Part shown: positions 16,977 to 21,474 of the stretch, one piece after another
Layout of the letters: the number at the start of each line of letters is the position of its first letter
Position numbering within the stretch: the stretch's first letter is position 1
NCBI GenBank assembly: GCA_016839515.1
Contig: JAEOUE010000164.1
Span: 1 to 21,474, forward strand
Length of the DNA stretch: 21,474 nucleotides
Direction of reading: 5' to 3'
Source: Candidatus Hodarchaeum mangrovi
GTDB lineage: Archaea; Asgardarchaeota; Heimdallarchaeia; Hodarchaeales; Hodarchaeaceae
The notes under the pieces: model-generated
What the model saw: the letters and a program-made list of their open reading frames with translations, nothing else
What the model was told of the DNA's origin: nothing
Database searches by the model: none
Made by a program: the position numbers and the translations under genes

Positions 16977-17924
16977 ATGTTTTGTTAATTCAGGAAGGAC
17001 CGCATGAAGATCTCCAATAATCGCGAAATGAGCAATCTCTAGGATTGGTGCTTCTTCATCAGTATTTACAGCAATAATTGTTTTAGAGTTTCGCATTCCA
17101 ACAAGATGCTGAATAGCACCAGAAATTCCACATGCTATGTAAATATCAGGATTTACAGTACTTCCAGTCTGACCAACCTCATGATCATGTGGTACCCATC
17201 CAGCATCTACTGCTGCTCTACTAGCTGCTACTTCACCACCTAATGCTTTAGCTGTATCAAAAATTATAGAAAATTTCTCTTTGGTACCAACACCACGACC
17301 ACCAGAAACTAAAAGTTTGGCCTTAGTAATATCTACTGATACTTTAGCCATTTTTTCTTCAATAAAATGTTCCCTTTGATCTTTTGTATCAACTACTGGT
17401 GAAAAATTAATAACCTCTCCTGTTAAAGAAGCATCAGGTTCTACTTCGGGATTATTTCCTCGAAGAATAGTAACGAAATTTAATTTATTGAGATCACCTT
17501 CCATCTTAACAAACAATTTTTCTTCAAAGAGAGGATGAATTGCTTCTATTTTGTCAGCATCGATTTTAAGGGATTTTACAGAAGCAAAAATTGCATCATT
17601 AAATCGGGCAGCTAAACGAGGCATCATTTCTTGTGCATATAAACTAGCGCCTGCAACGACAATATTAGGATTTTCTTGTTTTATAATTGCTTCAACTGTA
17701 CGTGTATGGAATAAAATATTTACTCCTTCAAATTGAGGATCATCTACTTTGAATACTTTTGATATGCCATATTTAGTTGCCTCTAAGGCGAGTTCATCGA
17801 TATTATGACCGAGTATAACACCAATTGTCTCGACTCCAAGACCTTTCACGGCAGTTAAACATTCTTTTGTGACTCCAATTAATTTTCCATAAGCAAACTC
17901 TAAAACTACTAGTACTTTTGTCAT
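16971..17924 (-). CDS. etfA: Electron transfer flavoprotein alpha subunit
   Basis: VSGGRGVG, AASRAAVDAGW, VGQTG, YIACGISGAIQHLVGM, AVNTDEEAPI. Start set to the ATG at 17924 because the GTG at 17933 is part of a GAGGTG RBS. Confidence 0.96.
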   Translation of the reverse strand: MTKVLVVLEFAYGKLIGVTKECLTAVKGLGVETIGVILGHNIDELALEATKYGISKVFKVDDPQFEGVNILFHTRTVEAIIKQENPNIVVAGASLYAQEMMPRLAARFNDAIFASVKSLKIDADKIEAIHPLFEEKLFVKMEGDLNKLNFVTILRGNNPEVEPDASLTGEVINFSPVVDTKDQREHFIEEKMAKVSVDITKAKLLVSGGRGVGTKEKFSIIFDTAKALGGEVAASRAAVDAGWVPHDHEVGQTGSTVNPDIYIACGISGAIQHLVGMRNSKTIIAVNTDEEAPILEIAHFAIIGDLHAVLPELTKHV

Positions 17925-17935
17925 TCTTTTCACCT

Positions 17936-18736
17936 CTATTTATATGCTCCAATATTAAGTCCTTTTTCCTTGAGTTTAGTCACTAGAGTGGAAACCATAT
18001 CAGGGATATCTGCATCTTTAATGATTATACACTTCTCAGTTCGAGCAGGAGGAACTTCAATTTCATCAAACTTTACACTTGGCTCTGAAACCTGTACCTC
18101 AAGCTCGTTAACCTGCCAAATAGGAACAACTGTCTTACTCGCAAGCATAATTCGACGGACACTGGTATAACGAGGTTCTTCATAATCACCAGTACTCGCA
18201 ATACTGAGAACAGCAGGAAGTTCAAGCTCAACTGTTCTGGTTCCGCCTTCTATAATCTTATCTACCTTGACCTTTCCACCATCAAAAGAAATTTTCTCAA
18301 CCCAACAGGCAACAGGAAGATCCAAAAACTCTGATACCATGGGGGCCATAGTCGCAGTTCCAAAGTCATAACTTTGCATACCAAATAGAAGAAGGTCATA
18401 GTTTCCAATTTTTTTAGCTGCAGCGGCTAGAATTTTAGCAACTTGAAAAAAGTGAGTTATTTTCTCATTAGAATTATCAATTCTGATTGCCTCATGGCAT
18501 CCCATTGCTATAGCTTCTTTTACTACTTTATCTGCCATTTCAGAACCTAGACATACTACAGTTACTTTGCCTTCACCTTTTCCTTCGACAATACGAAGGG
18601 CAGCTTCAATAGCGTGTTTATCATAATTGTTAGTCATGACATCAGCTTTATCATCTCGATTTCCTGGATGAATTTCATCAGGATCAAGAGGCGCATTTCG
18701 ATCAAGCGTTGCTTTTACAAAAACTATTATATTCAT
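17936..18736 (-). CDS. etfB: Electron transfer flavoprotein beta subunit
   Basis: MNIIVFVK, N.YDKHAIEAAL, EAIAMG, YDLLLFGMQSYD, ELPAVLS, EPRY. GGAGGT RBS; adjacent to etfA. Confidence 0.94.
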   Translation of the reverse strand: MNIIVFVKATLDRNAPLDPDEIHPGNRDDKADVMTNNYDKHAIEAALRIVEGKGEGKVTVVCLGSEMADKVVKEAIAMGCHEAIRIDNSNEKITHFFQVAKILAAAAKKIGNYDLLLFGMQSYDFGTATMAPMVSEFLDLPVACWVEKISFDGGKVKVDKIIEGGTRTVELELPAVLSIASTGDYEEPRYTSVRRIMLASKTVVPIWQVNELEVQVSEPSVKFDEIEVPPARTEKCIIIKDADIPDMVSTLVTKLKEKGLNIGAYK

Positions 18737-18758
18737 TACTTGTTACCTCCGGTTTTTT

Positions 18759-19988
18759 TTATTTTTGAGCACGTTCCAATGCACCACGACCAATAATGGT
18801 CTTTTGCATCTCTGAAGTACCTTCATAAATAGTCAATACACGAGCATCTCGGAATAAACGCTCCACACGATATTCACGTGAGTACCCATAACCCCCATGA
18901 ATTTGAACTGCATCATAAGTTACTTTTTGAGCTATCTCAGTAGCATAATATTTTGCCATTGACGATTCGTTTCGTGTATCTTCTCCTAAATGCTTCATAT
19001 GAGCTGTGTTCAAATAACTTAAACGAGCTTGATGAACACTTGTTGCCATATCTGCTAAAGTAAAATTAATTGCCTGATGATATCCTATTGGCTTTCCAAA
19101 TTGTACTCGTTGAAGCGAATAGTTGATACTTTCTTGAAGAGCGGTTTCAGTAATCCCAACAGCTTGAGCTGCTATCCCAATTCGACTAGATGCTAAACTT
19201 CCAAGAATAAGGCGAAATCCATCATTTTCTTGTCCTAATAAGTTATCTTTGGGAACTTCAGCTCTATCTAAAGCGATCTGTGCAGTAATTGATCCATGTA
19301 AACCCATTTTTTCCTCAATACGAACAGTTTCCAAACCATCCTTAGCAATTTTAGGATCTATTATAAAAGCACTAAGGCCCCTTGGTCCCTTATCTTTATC
19401 TGTCACAGCAAAAGTAATATAAGTCCCTGCTACCCCTCCATGAGATAACCAAATCTTATTCCCAGTTAAAAAGTACGAATCCCCTTCTTTTTCTGCTTTT
19501 GTTGAGACTGCAGAAATATCAGATCCAGCATTAGGTTCAGAAAAAGCCATAGCACCTATTGCATCACCTGATCCAAGAAGAGGTAGGTATTTTTCTCGGG
19601 CTACATCCGTTCCGAAGTTTTTAATAATTTCTATGTTCAACCCCTGACTCGGAAAAAACATAGAAAAGGCTAAAGATGCTCTTGCCATTAATTCAATGAT
19701 TGCAGTCCAAAGAGTATAACTTAAACCAAAACCATTATAGTCTTCTGGAACAATAATTGAAAATAGATCATTCTGTTGACATTTCTTATATAATTCCATC
19801 ATTCCAGAAGGAAAGGATACGATCTTTGTTGCAGGATCAAAATGAGCCCCCTCAGAATCCCAATCCTGCTCTTTTTCTATGATTTCATTCATAGCTAAAT
19901 CATAAACCATCTCTAGTATCATATCATTTTGTTCTTGTGATTGCTTGTCAAAATTAAAAGTTTTCAATATCTTCTTTATTTGCTTCAT
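18759..19988 (-). CDS. Acyl-CoA dehydrogenase (short/branched-chain-like)
   Basis: FSEPNAGSD, LTGNKIW, EEKMGLHGS, RIGIAAQAVG, RVQFGKPI, QIHGGYGY, IYEGTSEMQK (catalytic Glu in the SCAD/MCAD position). GAGGT RBS. Confidence 0.96.
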   Translation of the reverse strand: MKQIKKILKTFNFDKQSQEQNDMILEMVYDLAMNEIIEKEQDWDSEGAHFDPATKIVSFPSGMMELYKKCQQNDLFSIIVPEDYNGFGLSYTLWTAIIELMARASLAFSMFFPSQGLNIEIIKNFGTDVAREKYLPLLGSGDAIGAMAFSEPNAGSDISAVSTKAEKEGDSYFLTGNKIWLSHGGVAGTYITFAVTDKDKGPRGLSAFIIDPKIAKDGLETVRIEEKMGLHGSITAQIALDRAEVPKDNLLGQENDGFRLILGSLASSRIGIAAQAVGITETALQESINYSLQRVQFGKPIGYHQAINFTLADMATSVHQARLSYLNTAHMKHLGEDTRNESSMAKYYATEIAQKVTYDAVQIHGGYGYSREYRVERLFRDARVLTIYEGTSEMQKTIIGRGALERAQK

Positions 19989-20156
19989 CTAACTGACCTC
20001 TAATAATAGAAGAAGTAGAATTCTAACAAAAGAGTTTAAATCAATCATTTCTAGTGTTATTTCTAAGTTGTAAAGAACTGTGTATAAAGTTTTATGGGGT
20101 CACGACATAATTACATATGAGCAAGATTAGTAATCTAATAGTCCTTAAACTGTATT

Positions 20157-20191
20157 AAAAGGAGAAAAACTAGGAAATTATAAGTAATTTC
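20157..20191 (-). terminator. Hairpin plus T-rich tract after the small GTPase gene
   Basis: GAAATTA-TAAG-TAATTTC (20174-20191) is followed on the minus strand by CTAGTTTTTCTCCTTTT. Confidence 0.35.
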
Positions 20192-20210
20192 AAACAGATG
20201 GGAAATAATC

Positions 20211-20894
20211 TTATTGACTTTTAATTTGCTCTGATATCATTTTTTTTTGGCTGGTTTTGCGATCGTTTCTTTCCTTTTCTTGATGATCTACACTGGAAAT
20301 AATCTCTTTTGCGAGTATCAGAAAATCTTCATCCACATTAATTTGATCTTTGGCAGAGGTCTCAATATAGTGAATTTCAAAGCCATTTTTTTCTCTAACG
20401 AGCTTGGTGAGCTCAGCTGCATATTGTTGTCCATGTTTGGAAGCAACTTGATTAGGAAATGCTGGATTCCCTCTTAGATCACATTTTGCACCTACAATGA
20501 TTAGAGGTAACTTCCCTCTTCCATTAAAATCCCAGTAATTTTTAATCCATTCTACTAAATTCATGTAGGATTCCTGATTGGTTATATCAAAGAAGCACAG
20601 AGCACCAACTGCACCCCGATAGTATAAATCACGTACAGCTTTAAACCTAGGCTGGCCTGCGAGATCCCAAATTTGAAATTTAATGATATAATTCTTTTTA
20701 GTTGGCGAAAAATAAAAATTAATCTCTTTAGAAGCAAAATCTGCGCCAATAGTCATTAAATATTCAGTCTTAAAGCCTTCACCCAACCAAGCACGGCGGA
20801 GAGCTGTCTTACCAACACCACCATCGCCAATTAAGACGATTTTTGCTCGTAACTTTTCTCCTAGAATTTTACGCGATGTTGATCGATCCGCCAT
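20211..20894 (-). CDS. Ras-superfamily small GTPase, Rab-like
   Basis: G1 GDGGVGKT, G2 YLMTIG, G3 WDLAGQ, G4 GAKCD, G5 ETSAK. Rab-like signature segments IGADF, KFQIW, RFKAV, YYRGA. GAGGT RBS. Confidence 0.95.
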   Translation of the reverse strand: MADRSTSRKILGEKLRAKIVLIGDGGVGKTALRRAWLGEGFKTEYLMTIGADFASKEINFYFSPTKKNYIIKFQIWDLAGQPRFKAVRDLYYRGAVGALCFFDITNQESYMNLVEWIKNYWDFNGRGKLPLIIVGAKCDLRGNPAFPNQVASKHGQQYAAELTKLVREKNGFEIHYIETSAKDQINVDEDFLILAKEIISSVDHQEKERNDRKTSQKKMISEQIKSQ

Positions 20895-21170
20895 GTATTA
20901 TACCTCAAAATTAAACTCTTTTATCAACCACGAAGGAAAAAAAGAGTCCTATTTCTGGAATGTCTTCTGTCTAAAAGCCTTAGCTCCTACTCGTAATTTT
21001 AAGTAAATGCCCTTTATAAGCTATTCGTTTTAGATTACAGTGGGAGGCGTATTTAAAAACACTACTTGTCTTTTTATCAATAAAAAACACATCAATCAAA
21101 GAATATAATTAGGAAAGTATAAAATTAGAAGTTTTTACTTTGATACCATAAAATCAAAGAGGTTATACCC

Positions 21171-21474
21171 ATGAATACTGCAGTAATAACGAGTTTAGTG
21201 AGAACTCCTATGGGGAAGATGTCTGGCGCGTTTTCAAATACTCCTGCTGCTCAACTGGGAGCAATAGCTATTAAAGAAGCAGTCAAGAGGTCGAAATTAG
21301 ACCCCGTAGATATAAACCATGTAATAATGGGACAAGTAATTTCTGCGGGGTGTGCACAAAATACCGCACGACAAGCATCTATTTATGCAGGACTACCTGT
21401 TTCGACAGGAGCCATCACAGTCAATAAAGTATGTGGTTCTGGAATGGCAGCTGTCATGTGGGCTGCTCAAATGG
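21171..21474 (+). CDS. Acetyl-CoA acetyltransferase (thiolase), N-terminal part, truncated by the window end
   Basis: Not in the ORF track. Manual translation gives MNTAVITSLVRTPMGKMSGAF...QLGAIAIKEAV...VIMGQVISAGCAQNTARQA...AGLP....AITVNKVCGSGM, including the acyl-enzyme Cys. AGAGGT RBS at 21158-21163. Confidence 0.95.
   Translation, partial: MNTAVITSLVRTPMGKMSGAFSNTPAAQLGAIAIKEAVKRSKLDPVDINHVIMGQVISAGCAQNTARQASIYAGLPVSTGAITVNKVCGSGMAAVMWAAQM

Noticed and set aside
17551-20477. Plus-strand ORFs 17551-17736, 17970-18170, 18614-18796 and 20247-20477
   Set aside because: Antisense shadows of etfA, etfB, acd and the GTPase.
20211-20894. Eukaryotic contamination as the source of the Rab-like gene and enolase
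   Set aside because: No introns, a prokaryotic RBS, no prenylation motif, and both are embedded among operonic prokaryotic genes of similar composition.
1-21474. tRNA, rRNA, CRISPR array, IS element or intein
   Set aside because: All intergenic gaps are under 300 bp and AT-rich, with no cloverleaf, periodic repeat or transposase seen by eye; the enzymes are of normal length.

Overview
Low-GC, gene-dense prokaryotic window with GGAG/GAGGT(G) ribosome-binding sites and oligo-T tracts after genes. A Rab/Ras-family small GTPase and a eukaryote-like enolase point to an Asgard archaeon (inference, no database search was run). Contents in order: 2-oxoacid:ferredoxin oxidoreductase beta subunit; two unrecognised ORFs; an operon of a MoaD/SAMP-type ubiquitin-like protein plus a xanthine-oxidase-family molybdoenzyme (L-M-S); a coupled gene pair encoding a group 4 [NiFe]-hydrogenase/NuoD-fold protein lacking all four metal-ligand cysteines and a membrane-anchored one-cluster ferredoxin; ppsA; eno; a DAGK-family lipid kinase; a VOC protein; an acyl-CoA dehydrogenase-EtfBA-membrane FeS/cytochrome b (FadF/EMO-like) module; the small GTPase; and the 5' end of a thiolase. 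The best candidates for undescribed biology are the 'pseudo-hydrogenase' pair (7287-8692) and the ubiquitin-like protein whose Gly-Gly is masked by a 9-residue tail (2996-3331). No rRNA, tRNA, CRISPR array or mobile element was seen.
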